Positions 1 through 9,485 of a stretch of DNA of 64,000 bases are shown here, piece after piece. The DNA comes from Patescibacteria group bacterium (GTDB lineage Bacteria; Patescibacteriota; Microgenomatia; UBA1400; PJMF01): NCBI GenBank assembly GCA_016861085.1, contig BOKR01000001.1, positions 195,271-259,270 of the forward strand. The letters run 5' to 3'. A program made the translations under genes and the position numbers. Under the pieces are notes generated by a model, which worked only from the letters and a program-made list of their open reading frames with translations, was not told the origin of the DNA and did no database searches. The first letter of the stretch is position 1. Each line of letters begins with the position of its first letter.

Positions 1-239
1 ACTATCATTGCTAAATCGTGTATTGTTTCACATTCATCTTCAATATCAGAAGTGTATAAATAAACTCCAAATGACTTACCGATAGCAACAACAACTCTTT
101 TTAAGTCTGGGCCGTATAAATTGAGGTCCTCAAGTAGGTTGTCTGGTCCGAGATCCTCAATATCATTTCCTGTCACTTCAGAAATAATGTGTTGGATTTT
201 GAGTAGTGTTTGTTCAAATTGAGCAGTTTTCGAGGTCAT
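1..239 (-). CDS. Acyl-carrier-protein-like protein lacking the phosphopantetheine Ser (3' end outside window)
   Basis: Manual translation MTSKTAQFEQTLLKIQHIISEVTGNDIEDLGPDNLLEDLNLYGPDLKRVVVAIGKSFGVYLYTSDIEDECETIHDLAMI; acidic, ACP-like pattern; ATG overlaps the nusB TGA (ATGA). Not in ORF track. Confidence 0.65.
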   Translation of the reverse strand, partial: MTSKTAQFEQTLLKIQHIISEVTGNDIEDLGPDNLLEDLNLYGPDLKRVVVAIGKSFGVYLYTSDIEDECETIHDLAMI

Positions 240-631
240 ACTGATTCTTCTAATGTTTCTTCTGTTTCTGGGTCTAATATTATTTTAGCCAAAACTCCAT
301 TGACAAATCCAGGGGAGTTTTCAGCACTGTAATATTTCGCTAATTCAATCGCTTCATTTAATAAGACCTTTTTTGGGGTCTTTTTGCTGTCTGATTCATG
401 GACAATTAACCGTAAAATTGCTAGGTCAACCTTATTGATTTCTGAAAGTGGTCGTTCAGGAGCAGCCAAACGAATTCTTTCATCAATATCCTCAAGGTTG
501 TTAATAATCGCAATGACTGTTGAGTCAGCAGGTTTTTCTTCAAGACAAATTCGCGTGTTCTCTGGAGTAAAAGTACAGGCGAATAGATCTTGCATCAGTT
601 TTACCCGACGGTCATGTCTTTGATCTGACAT
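236..631 (-). CDS. nusB: Transcription antitermination factor NusB
   Basis: VDLAILRL, NEAIELAKYY, FVNGVLAK motifs. Confidence 0.95.
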   Translation of the reverse strand: MSDQRHDRRVKLMQDLFACTFTPENTRICLEEKPADSTVIAIINNLEDIDERIRLAAPERPLSEINKVDLAILRLIVHESDSKKTPKKVLLNEAIELAKYYSAENSPGFVNGVLAKIILDPETEETLEESV

Positions 632-654
632 TCTTTTCCTTTGTTTTTCTGATG

Positions 655-816
655 TTACTCAGATATTCCGAGAGATTTTAAGAATTGTGAAACGATTCCC
701 TTTTTGTGTGCAGGAACTGCAGTCACTTTTGGATCTTTCTTCAATGAAGGAGTATTTCCTTTTCTTCTTTTGCCTCTTTCGGCTCTTGTTATTTTATTTT
801 TTGGTAAAGCTCCCAT
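655..816 (-). CDS. rpmF: 50S ribosomal protein L32 (53 aa, no Cys)
   Basis: Manual translation MGALPKNKITRAERGKRRKGNTPSLKKDPKVTAVPAHKKGIVSQFLKSLGISE; SD AAGGA; directly upstream of nusB. Confidence 0.85.
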   Translation of the reverse strand: MGALPKNKITRAERGKRRKGNTPSLKKDPKVTAVPAHKKGIVSQFLKSLGISE

Positions 817-983
817 GGCTTCCTTTCAAGTAATTTCCATAATATCTCAACACACTATTCTAGCGTTTTTTTAGTTAAGTTAGCAATATCAGATAAACTT
901 GCATACACAAAAAACACCAGAACATGGCGTGAATGACCGATTTTAACGCTAAGTGTATGGAATTACAAGGGGGAATGTCTATC

Positions 984-3008
984 CTAGTTAGCTAACGGTT
1001 TTATGTCTTGCTCTTGAACGATCGGAGTAATAAACGGTTCCCAAGATTTTGGAAGCTTTTCGTAAATCTTTTTTGCCTGCCCAATTAATTCTAGATTAGT
1101 CCAAGAGGCAAATTGTAAATTTCCAAATCCACTCTGCTGAACACCAAAAATATCGCCACTCCCTCTTGCTTGTAAATCGATTTCAGCAAGTTTTAATCCA
1201 TTATTCTCTTTTGAGAATTGTTCCAGTCGCTGTTTTACTACTGGTGAGTTGCTGGTGCTAAACAGCAAACAATACCCCTGTTGGCCTGCTCTGCCCACTC
1301 TACCCCGAAGTTGGTGTAAACTGGCCATTCCGAAGCGCTCAGCGGCCTCTATAAGCATAATTGAAGCAGCGGGTAGATCAACGCCAACTTCCACAACTGG
1401 AGTTGTAACGAGTACATCAATTTTTTTGTCATATAGTTGTGAAATGATCGTGTTTTGCTCTTCTGGTTTCATTCTGCCGTGTAGTAATGCGATTCTGAAT
1501 GATTTTTGATATGTTTTACCCAATTGAGAAAATTTTGATTTAACTGCCTCAAGCGTTTCTTTCACAGAAGCAATGTTCTCAAATGCTGCGTGGTTGGAAG
1601 GGTCAATGAAAGGACAAACAATTAATGCAAGTTTTTCTCCAGTCAATTCTTTGGCTATCCAATCATATGCACTTTCACGCTTAGCTTCAGGAACGACCCA
1701 AGTTTTTGTAGGAATTCTGCCCTTTGGTAATTCATCTATAGTGCTTACTTTAAGGTGTGAAAAGATAGTAAGCATTAGACTTCTCGGGATTGGTGTAGCT
1801 GACATAGTGAGTGTGTGAGGAACAGTATGTAGTTTTGCAGATTCTGATCGCTGTGTAACCCCAAACCGATGCTGTTCGTCATAAATGATTAATCCGGGGT
1901 GTATTGATTCAAGTTTGTTAATCAATGCATGAGTGCCGACAAACAAGCAGGGGGCTTGTTGCATATTAGTATCTTCAATTTTTGGAGTTTTCCCGGTAAG
2001 TAGCTTGATTTCCAAATCTGGGAAAATGCTTCGTAAAGTTTGAGCATGTTGTTCCGCCAAAATTTTTGTTGGTGCAATAAAAGCCGCCGCTCTTCCCGAT
2101 TGTATGGTGTGGTATGCGGCAATACCGGCCACAACTGTTTTTCCTGAGCCGACATCTCCGATTAATACTCTATTCATTGGGCTAGTTGTGGCAATATCGG
2201 CCAAGATTTCGTTGACACACGTTTTTTGGGCCTGAGTTAACTCAAACGGTACTGAATGAGGAATTTGTGGTTCCTGCATGTTAATTGCCTGGGCGTTTTC
2301 TAATTGTTTCCAATATGTTTTTATTTGCTCGGAAACTTTAATCAACGAAAGGAGTTCTTCTATAGCTAAACGTTCGCGAGCTTTGATAATTTGTTCTTCA
2401 GTATCTGGAAAGTGCAGTTGTGTGAGTGCTTCTTTTATCAGTGGCAGATTGGGTGCGATATCATTTGAAATTTCAAAAAAACTGTCCCGATCACTCAGTT
2501 GGTATTTAGCTAACGCCTTTTTGAGAATACGACGAAGTGTTCCTTGTTGGATGGCTAGAGTGCTGGAATAGATTGGGACGAGTCTGCCCGTGTGGATTGT
2601 ATCTACAGCTCCGTCAGCAATCTTTTCTATGGTTGGCTGTACAATTGTTCCCCGATCATTGAGTTTTCCGCTAATCATGTATGTTGAGTCTGGCTTAACT
2701 GTTTGAGAAATAAATTTGTTGTTAAACCACATAAGTTTGACTTTTCCAGTTGCGTCTATTGCTGCAGCAGAATCAATTTTCCGTCTATTCTTGTAGAAAC
2801 TTTTAACTGTAGAAACTTTGGCAGAAAAACTGACAAGTTTGTTAGGCTCTAAATCTTTAATTTGAACGATGTTAGAACGATCTGAATAGCGTAGCGGTAA
2901 AAAAAGTAACAGATCTTTAAATGTATGTATTCCTTTCTCAGCAAATTTTTCTAGTAACTTTGGACCTATGCCTTCAATTGTGTCAATAGGTGTTGAAAGG
3001 GAGTACAT
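984..3008 (-). CDS. recG: ATP-dependent DNA helicase RecG
   Basis: GDVGSGKT, DEQHRFG, MSATPIPR, QLRGRVGR; start moved to MYSLSTPI. Confidence 0.96.
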   Translation of the reverse strand: MYSLSTPIDTIEGIGPKLLEKFAEKGIHTFKDLLLFLPLRYSDRSNIVQIKDLEPNKLVSFSAKVSTVKSFYKNRRKIDSAAAIDATGKVKLMWFNNKFISQTVKPDSTYMISGKLNDRGTIVQPTIEKIADGAVDTIHTGRLVPIYSSTLAIQQGTLRRILKKALAKYQLSDRDSFFEISNDIAPNLPLIKEALTQLHFPDTEEQIIKARERLAIEELLSLIKVSEQIKTYWKQLENAQAINMQEPQIPHSVPFELTQAQKTCVNEILADIATTSPMNRVLIGDVGSGKTVVAGIAAYHTIQSGRAAAFIAPTKILAEQHAQTLRSIFPDLEIKLLTGKTPKIEDTNMQQAPCLFVGTHALINKLESIHPGLIIYDEQHRFGVTQRSESAKLHTVPHTLTMSATPIPRSLMLTIFSHLKVSTIDELPKGRIPTKTWVVPEAKRESAYDWIAKELTGEKLALIVCPFIDPSNHAAFENIASVKETLEAVKSKFSQLGKTYQKSFRIALLHGRMKPEEQNTIISQLYDKKIDVLVTTPVVEVGVDLPAASIMLIEAAERFGMASLHQLRGRVGRAGQQGYCLLFSTSNSPVVKQRLEQFSKENNGLKLAEIDLQARGSGDIFGVQQSGFGNLQFASWTNLELIGQAKKIYEKLPKSWEPFITPIVQEQDIKPLAN

Positions 3009-3048
3009 AGGAATTACTGTAGCACTGATGCTGTATACTGAATAGCAG

Positions 3049-3693
3049 ATGTCAACTTTTGAAAAAACTGTTGTTGGTGTTTTGGTTTTTATAGGTACAG
3101 GATTAGTAGTGCTCTTTTTTTGGTTATTTAGGTTGAATACTGAAGTTAAGCAATTAAGGTTTGGTGAAGCGACTGAAGTTGGGACTACTACTAATGGAGC
3201 AACTAATTCAGCAATACTTACGCAAATGCAGGAAAATTTAGATGCACTGCAAGCAAGCTCAGCTGCCTTATTGGAGCGGATACAAATTTTGGAAGACTCC
3301 GAACCGACAACAAAGATTATTACAACAAGCACAAAACAGACATTTCAAAAGCAAATAATTCACATTGGTTCAGCAAGTACCTCAAACACGGAATGGACAA
3401 ATACCGGTGTTGAAGTGACACTCAACAGTGCTGATTATCCAAGCGATGTGAACGCTTCGTTTGAAGTGGGACTTTCAATTATCGGTGGTGAAGCTTGGGC
3501 AAGATTGATTAACAAAACGACGGGAGCTATTTTATCAGTTACTGAAGTTTCAGCTGGATCAAGTACAACAACTTGGAAAACGTCTCCACAGTTCAAATTG
3601 CATGGCGGCTTAAACATGTATGAACTACAGGTACGGTCAAGCAGCAGTGAAGTTGCCAATGCATCAAGTGCTCGAATTATTTTGACTAAGTAA
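3049..3693 (+). CDS. Hypothetical membrane-anchored exported protein (TM, coiled coil, beta-rich domain)
   Basis: N-terminal hydrophobic helix; divergent from recG; TATACT 9 nt before ATG. Confidence 0.75.
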   Translation: MSTFEKTVVGVLVFIGTGLVVLFFWLFRLNTEVKQLRFGEATEVGTTTNGATNSAILTQMQENLDALQASSAALLERIQILEDSEPTTKIITTSTKQTFQKQIIHIGSASTSNTEWTNTGVEVTLNSADYPSDVNASFEVGLSIIGGEAWARLINKTTGAILSVTEVSAGSSTTTWKTSPQFKLHGGLNMYELQVRSSSSEVANASSARIILTK

Positions 3694-3707
3694 TTTTTTT
3701 GGTAGTT

Positions 3708-3809
3708 CTATAAGTAAAACAGCGCGCTTGCAAAGCTACTGACAACCATTCCAATTATAAAAATGATTGCAAAAACTTTAATTATTGTTTGTCTAGTTTT
3801 TCTTGTCAT
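3708..3809 (-). CDS. 33-aa single-TM microprotein
   Basis: MTRKTRQTIIKVFAIIFIIGMVVSSFASALFYL; ATG overlaps the tyrS TGA (ATGA coupling); not in ORF track. Confidence 0.65.
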   Translation of the reverse strand: MTRKTRQTIIKVFAIIFIIGMVVSSFASALFYL

Positions 3810-4999
3810 ATAAGTTTGAAATATCTTCTCTTTCCAATTCTTATTGTTTCACCTTTATTCACAAAGACAGTTCTATATGGATCAGTTGGCTTTTCTCCAT
3901 TTTGTATAAGCTCGACTGCACTTTGTTCTATGAGCCTCCTCAAATTACTATTACTTTCTTCTGGCATGCAAAGTTGTACTAATTCCAAGACTGTAAGAGT
4001 TTTTTCGTTAACTGTAACTTCTGGAATGGTATCGGGAATCTCTTTTTCTTGCACAGTTTTCTGAAAATACTCTGCGGCTTGTTGTGCTAAATCAGTGTTG
4101 TGGTACAGCTGTGTAATGGTGAATGCAAGTTTTTTCTTAAATTGCATTGGATTTTCACCGCTAGCAATTTTTTGCTCCATCTCGTGGATTTCGCTCATTG
4201 GCACATTAGTCAACACTTCAAAGTAAGTAATGATTTCAGAATCTGCAGTCGACATAAGTTTGCCATACATGTCATTAGCATTTTCTGTGAGCGCTACAAA
4301 ATTGTTATATGATTTACTCATTTTTCTGCCATCAGTGCCATTAATTATTGGTGTTGTTAGCACCCATTTTTCGCGGTTGTTATATGCTTTTTGTAAGGTC
4401 CTGCCCATCATCATGTTAAACGTTTGATCAGTACCGCCAATTTCTAAATCAACGTCCATAACCACAGAATCGTACCCTTGTAAGAGTGGGTACATGATTT
4501 CATGACCATGAATTGGCTTGCCCTCTTCTAATCTTTTTTGAAACATGTCCCGTTCCATAAGCTGCTGAACAGTAGTTTTTGCCATGAGTTTTACAATGTC
4601 TGGCATTGTTAACTTGTCGAGCCAGTCACCATTGTAACGAATCTCAATTTTTTCAAAGTTAAGAACTTTGCTAGCCTGTTCTTTCCAACTTTTGAAGTTT
4701 TCTTTGATTTCTTCGTCTGTCAGTTCAGGGCGAGTCGAATCTTTACCGGTTGGATCGCCAATTCTAACTGTGCCGTTACCAATTAGTAAAATAACTTCAT
4801 GTCCAAGATCTGCAAACTGTTGCAATTTGCGTAAGACCACAGAATGTCCTAACGTTAACAAAGAGCCGGTTGGATCAATCCCTAAATACAATCTAATTTT
4901 CTTTTCTTGTAAGAGTTTTTGTAATGTTTCTTTGTTTGGCAAAACTTCCGCGACTCCTCTTGTGAGGACCTCATCAAGTTTTTGAGAATCTGTAATCAT
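3806..4999 (-). CDS. tyrS: Tyrosine--tRNA ligase
   Basis: YLGIDPTG, TLGH (HIGH variant), GGTDQ, KMSKS, C-terminal S4-like domain. Confidence 0.97.
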   Translation of the reverse strand: MITDSQKLDEVLTRGVAEVLPNKETLQKLLQEKKIRLYLGIDPTGSLLTLGHSVVLRKLQQFADLGHEVILLIGNGTVRIGDPTGKDSTRPELTDEEIKENFKSWKEQASKVLNFEKIEIRYNGDWLDKLTMPDIVKLMAKTTVQQLMERDMFQKRLEEGKPIHGHEIMYPLLQGYDSVVMDVDLEIGGTDQTFNMMMGRTLQKAYNNREKWVLTTPIINGTDGRKMSKSYNNFVALTENANDMYGKLMSTADSEIITYFEVLTNVPMSEIHEMEQKIASGENPMQFKKKLAFTITQLYHNTDLAQQAAEYFQKTVQEKEIPDTIPEVTVNEKTLTVLELVQLCMPEESNSNLRRLIEQSAVELIQNGEKPTDPYRTVFVNKGETIRIGKRRYFKLI

Positions 5000-5031
5000 A
5001 AATGAGCTTTCTGTTAGTATTGTAGCAGGTT

Positions 5032-6171
5032 TTATTGAGTGATAAATTCAAAAAGTCCGCGTTCATATTCTAAACAAGAATCTAAGCTAATCCACTCAGT
5101 ATCTTCATGAATATCACCACCTGTTGGTTTCATCATCAAAACTGGGATATTGTATGACGCAAAATGTCTCGCGTCAGACCCGCCATAGTTAGGGACAATT
5201 TCAATAGTACTATGAGTATGTTTTTGCATGGTTGAAACAAACTTTTGTACAATTGGCAAATCAACATTTGTGTATGTTGCCAACCCGCTTGCCATAGTTT
5301 CAACAGTAACTTCAGCACCAACACTTGTGGCGATCTCTTTTACTTCGTTCACAATGTTTTCAATAGAAGTGGTTTCTGGATACCGAAAGTCGATTTCAAC
5401 AAGAGCGCCATCACAAACTTGATTAACTGACACTCCTCCTTTTATCACTCCAGGACTCATGGTTGTTCCCCAGTTTGGTTCAAAACTATTTTGTTCATAT
5501 TTTTCTAACAGTTTTGAAAGCATTTTGACCAGTAAAGAGATAGCATTTTTGCCCTGCCATGGTCGTGAGCCGTGTGCGGCTCTTCCTTTACAGCTTACTC
5601 TGATATGCAAAATACCTTTTGCTTTATTCACAAACTTCCAGTTATCTCCACCGTCAGGGACGATAAGATTTTGTGGGCGAAATTTTAGATTTTCGGCTAA
5701 GTACAGTGCTCCGTCAAACCCACCTCGTTCTTCATCTGTGGTAATTGCCAGAGTTATGGTTTTGTTAGATTTTTGTTTAATCAAGTCATTGAGAATAGAA
5801 ACACCAATTGGGACAGAATATTTCATGTCGCTGACACCTCTCCCAAGTGCGACAGTTTCTGTATTACTCTTTTCTCTAATTGTTCTCTCCCCTAACTTCA
5901 TTGTCCATAATTCTTCTTTTGCTGCGACAACATCTACATGTACTAAGTACCCAAATTCAGGGTTCATTAATTGTTCATCAGTTGCATTTTGAATATTTGA
6001 AATGAGCAAAATCTCAGCTGATTTATTTTTTATCCGTTTCACTGTAGCCTGTGGATTAACCAAAGTTTCAATTAAATCCAAAACAGCTGAGTTTTCTGGA
6101 ATTTGTCCACTGAGCGAGCGAATTGCAATAAGCTGTTGTAACTGTGTTTGTAGTGTTTTTTTATCTAACAT
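5032..6171 (-). CDS. M20 family metallopeptidase/deacylase (ArgE/DapE-like)
   Basis: HVDVV, GRGVSDMK, DEERGG, AAHGSRPWQG, GGSDAR, late His. Confidence 0.88.
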   Translation of the reverse strand: MLDKKTLQTQLQQLIAIRSLSGQIPENSAVLDLIETLVNPQATVKRIKNKSAEILLISNIQNATDEQLMNPEFGYLVHVDVVAAKEELWTMKLGERTIREKSNTETVALGRGVSDMKYSVPIGVSILNDLIKQKSNKTITLAITTDEERGGFDGALYLAENLKFRPQNLIVPDGGDNWKFVNKAKGILHIRVSCKGRAAHGSRPWQGKNAISLLVKMLSKLLEKYEQNSFEPNWGTTMSPGVIKGGVSVNQVCDGALVEIDFRYPETTSIENIVNEVKEIATSVGAEVTVETMASGLATYTNVDLPIVQKFVSTMQKHTHSTIEIVPNYGGSDARHFASYNIPVLMMKPTGGDIHEDTEWISLDSCLEYERGLFEFITQ

Positions 6172-6186
6172 AGCATCCTTGAACCA

Positions 6187-8175
6187 TTACACAGTTCCAA
6201 CCAAGATTCCCTGATGTTTTTCTAGTTCTTGAACGATTTTTTTTCTTACTGGTTTGAGATCGTCAGACGCTATATTTTGTTTTGGGTCGTGGTAAGTGAT
6301 CGCAAAAGAATAGTTGCGATTGTAAATGTCTTTAAGCTCAACTTTAGTAATCAATGTGCTCACTTCGCTCATAACTTTCATAATTTCACCGACTCTGATC
6401 TTTTTAGGCAAAGTGAAAGTCATATCTTCTGTAACGATTGCTGTTTTTGGAATTGATTGGTAGGTTGGATGAGTTTTGAGAATCAGCAATAGTTGTGAAA
6501 ATTCAAGTTCGATTGCAACCCGGTTATTTGATTGCATAGTTACAATTCCCAAACCGATTTCTTTATCGTTTTCTGATACAAGAATAGTGCCAGTTGTGTC
6601 ACTATTTTGTGTTACTTGCAAGTTGGTGACAAAGAATTGTGCCAGCAGGCTTTCTAAAATCCCTCGCACTTCACGATATGGTTTGGTAGAAACAATTGAG
6701 AGTCTCAATGACTCATTTGGCAGGTCATTTTTTTTTGGTAAGTAAACATTTGCAATTTCAAATACTGATAGATCAGAAATGTGGGAATTCTGATCTAAAA
6801 TTTCATTCAGAGAAGGAATCAAAGATTTGCGCAAATAAATTCTGTCATCAGTTAGTGGATTCTGTAATTTGAGGTGATTTTCGAGAGAATCAGTTTGCAA
6901 CGCAATTTGTTCACTAACCATAGAATAAGAATATATTTCTTGTAAGCCGATGCTTGCTAAGAAACGTTTGATTCTGTTTTCAAGAGTAAAGTTGACTCCT
7001 TTTTGTTTTTCGGTTGGTATCTGTGTGTCCATGATGACAGAGGGTAATTTATGGTATCCATAGATACGAGCGATTTCTTCAACGATGTCTGCGGGGATAG
7101 TTAAGTCTGGCCTGAATGAAGGTGGCTGGATGATCAAAGTTTGGTTCTTACTTGTGACTGTACACTCAAGTTGCTCTAAAATTGAAATAATTTCTTGGGT
7201 GGTAAGTACCTGTTTGCCGGCTGCATCTGTTCCCAAATATTCATGTATCGTTTCTAACTTTACTTCAACGGGTTTTAGTGGCTGATTTCCTGGAAAATCA
7301 TCATAGATTTCACTTGCTATTTGAGCATTACATAGTTCTTGGTACAGTTGAGCCCCGCGAACCAACACATCTTTCGCCAAGTTTGGATCAACATTTTTTT
7401 CCATAAGTTGAGCAGCTACAGTTCTAATAGCGTGGGTCATGCTAGCAAAGCGGACTTTTTCTGCTTTGATAGATTCAAGCAACAACAACACATTTTGAGT
7501 GGTGTCATCAATAGAAGTATTAGCAGTGCCTTTGATTGAAGGAAGGTCAATGATATCTCCTTCTCCATTTTTAAATACTACTTCACCCCCTACTGTTTCA
7601 AACTCATTGGCATCTAAGGTAATGAATTTTTCACCAGCTTTTGCTTCTACCACATTAATTTCACCACCAGTTCGCATCAGTTTATCGTAATCAAATGCGT
7701 GACAAGGGTGTCCTAATTCGTGGGTAACATAGTTTGTGATATCAATAACTGCGTCATGAACATTCTGTTCGGTTTGTAGTAAGCGTTTGGCCATCCATTC
7801 TGGAGTTGGGTTACGTTGCACCCCTTTTAATACAACGCAGATAAGTCGTTTTGAGAGTTTAGGATCGTTGCTAATTTTTGGGAGAGGCAACACTTCTGTT
7901 TCTGGCCTAAGAGTTTGTGGCAAGTTGTTTGGTTTGAGTTTTGCTTTGATTCCAAATTGCTGCAAAATGACTGCTGCTTCACGAGCAATACCACGAATAG
8001 ACATTCCATCAACTCTATTGGTGGTGACTTCAATATCGTAGACTTTATCACTCTCTATGTCATAAATGCGTTCAACTGATGGACCACATAATGAGACATA
8101 TTCCTGAATTTTTTTAGGGTCTGCATCAGTATCTAAATGTTCAAGTAACCAAGTGTGCGGGATTAAAATGTTCAT
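6187..8175 (-). CDS. pheT: Phenylalanine--tRNA ligase beta subunit (short form)
   Basis: TTNRVD, IDITNYV, HAFD, RPDL..ADIVEEIARIYGY. Confidence 0.95.
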   Translation of the reverse strand: MNILIPHTWLLEHLDTDADPKKIQEYVSLCGPSVERIYDIESDKVYDIEVTTNRVDGMSIRGIAREAAVILQQFGIKAKLKPNNLPQTLRPETEVLPLPKISNDPKLSKRLICVVLKGVQRNPTPEWMAKRLLQTEQNVHDAVIDITNYVTHELGHPCHAFDYDKLMRTGGEINVVEAKAGEKFITLDANEFETVGGEVVFKNGEGDIIDLPSIKGTANTSIDDTTQNVLLLLESIKAEKVRFASMTHAIRTVAAQLMEKNVDPNLAKDVLVRGAQLYQELCNAQIASEIYDDFPGNQPLKPVEVKLETIHEYLGTDAAGKQVLTTQEIISILEQLECTVTSKNQTLIIQPPSFRPDLTIPADIVEEIARIYGYHKLPSVIMDTQIPTEKQKGVNFTLENRIKRFLASIGLQEIYSYSMVSEQIALQTDSLENHLKLQNPLTDDRIYLRKSLIPSLNEILDQNSHISDLSVFEIANVYLPKKNDLPNESLRLSIVSTKPYREVRGILESLLAQFFVTNLQVTQNSDTTGTILVSENDKEIGLGIVTMQSNNRVAIELEFSQLLLILKTHPTYQSIPKTAIVTEDMTFTLPKKIRVGEIMKVMSEVSTLITKVELKDIYNRNYSFAITYHDPKQNIASDDLKPVRKKIVQELEKHQGILVGTV

Positions 8176-8186
8176 ATGTTTTTTCC

Positions 8187-9227
8187 TTAAAATTGCTCCA
8201 AAAATCTGAGGTCACCGCTATACAGCAATCTAATATCATCAATATTGAGTCCTTGTTTGAGCGTGTAGGTTCTCTCGACTCCCCAGCCGAAAGCAAAGCC
8301 TGTATATTTTTCTGGATCTATGCCGCCTGCTTTAAGGACATTTGGATGCACCATGCCTGCTCCACCAACTTCATGCCAACCGGATTTACAGAACTTACAT
8401 TTTTCTTCGTTGATTTTTCCGGTTCCATTACAGATATGGCAAGAAAAATCTACTTCAAAAGAAGGCTCAGTAAATTGAAAATGAAATGGCCTGATTCTTG
8501 ATTTAGTTCCAGGACCATAGAATTGTTCAGCGAAGTAATCTAAAGTACCTTTGAGGTGTTGAATGTTAATGCCTGTATCTACAACTAAACCTTCAAATTG
8601 GTGGAACATTTGTGTGTGTGTTGCATCTTGTTGGCGTCTGTAACAGCGGGCAATGTTAATCATTCTAATTGGTGGTTTTGATTTGAGTCGTTCCATTTCC
8701 CGAACTTGGCCGTTTGAGGTGTGAGTGGTCAAGACTACTTTCCCTTTTTCTGGATCTACTGGAGCTTCAACAAAAAATGTTTCCCACTCGTCACGAGCTG
8801 GATGACTTTTTGGCATATTCAAGCTTTCAAATACATACCAGTCCCAGTCAACTTCAGGATAACGAGCGCGAGAAAAGCCAATGCGTTCAAAGATTTGGGT
8901 AATTTCTTCCATCGCTTGAGAAACAGGATGCATATGACCAACTTTTGGCTTTACTCCTGGTGCGGTTAAGTCTTCAAATGAAGCTTTTTTTGGAGATTTC
9001 TCTAATTTTTCAATAGTTTCTGTGAGATGAATTTTCAATTCATTTAACAATTTTCCAGCTTCTTTTTTTTGTTCAGGATCTATTTGTCCGATAGCTTTTG
9101 CAAGATCATTAAAACTACCTTTTTTCCCGAGGTATTTTGTTTGTAGCAGTTCTGAGTCAACAATAGACTCATTTTTAAGTTGCTCTTTTATTGTTTTAAT
9201 TTTTATTTGTAGTTCTTCTAGATTCAT
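8187..9227 (-). CDS. pheS: Phenylalanine--tRNA ligase alpha subunit
   Basis: HPARD, THTS, FHQFEG, FTEPS, GAGMVHP, FAFGWGVER. Confidence 0.98.
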   Translation of the reverse strand: MNLEELQIKIKTIKEQLKNESIVDSELLQTKYLGKKGSFNDLAKAIGQIDPEQKKEAGKLLNELKIHLTETIEKLEKSPKKASFEDLTAPGVKPKVGHMHPVSQAMEEITQIFERIGFSRARYPEVDWDWYVFESLNMPKSHPARDEWETFFVEAPVDPEKGKVVLTTHTSNGQVREMERLKSKPPIRMINIARCYRRQQDATHTQMFHQFEGLVVDTGINIQHLKGTLDYFAEQFYGPGTKSRIRPFHFQFTEPSFEVDFSCHICNGTGKINEEKCKFCKSGWHEVGGAGMVHPNVLKAGGIDPEKYTGFAFGWGVERTYTLKQGLNIDDIRLLYSGDLRFLEQF

Positions 9228-9250
9228 ATGTTTATTTTACCAATATTTAC

Positions 9251-9283
9251 AAGAAAACTCCCGTTTGTTTGGGAGTGTTTTCT
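9251..9283 (-). terminator. Attenuator terminator upstream of pheS
   Basis: Minus strand CTCCC-AAACAAAC-GGGAG followed by TTTTCTT. Confidence 0.75.
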
Positions 9284-9310
9284 ATTTATTATACTTAAAA
9301 CCTGCTCCCA

Positions 9311-9361
9311 TTACTTTTGGAAGTTAAAAAAGAAGCCGGTAAAGTATATATTTGTGAACAT
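9311..9361 (-). CDS. Phe-rich leader peptide (pheM-like), MFTNIYFTGFFFNFQK
   Basis: 6 Phe in 16 codons, lying between a sigma70-type promoter and a terminator/antiterminator upstream of pheST. Confidence 0.85.
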   Translation of the reverse strand: MFTNIYFTGFFFNFQK

Positions 9362-9372
9362 TACTAAACGGG

Positions 9373-9401
9373 ATTATATACCTCATACTGTGACGATGCA
9401 A
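9373..9401 (-). promoter_or_regulatory. Sigma70-type promoter of the leader-pheST transcript
   Basis: TTGCAT-N17-TATAAT on minus strand. Confidence 0.75.
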
Positions 9402-9485
9402 ACGGACTTAGCGTTTGTCATCACTGAAAAATCAGGTATACTTGAAGTGTTATACTCATACGGTTATCCCAAGGGAGCATATACA

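Noticed and set aside
3009-3332. N-terminal extension of RecG in the ORF track
   Set aside because: It is antisense to ORF3049; RecG-like sequence starts at ATG 3008.
9228-9485. T-box riboswitch upstream of pheS, and the 5' extension of the PBP ORF
   Set aside because: No GGTGGNACC T-box motif; the region is explained by the leader-peptide attenuator and divergent promoters.
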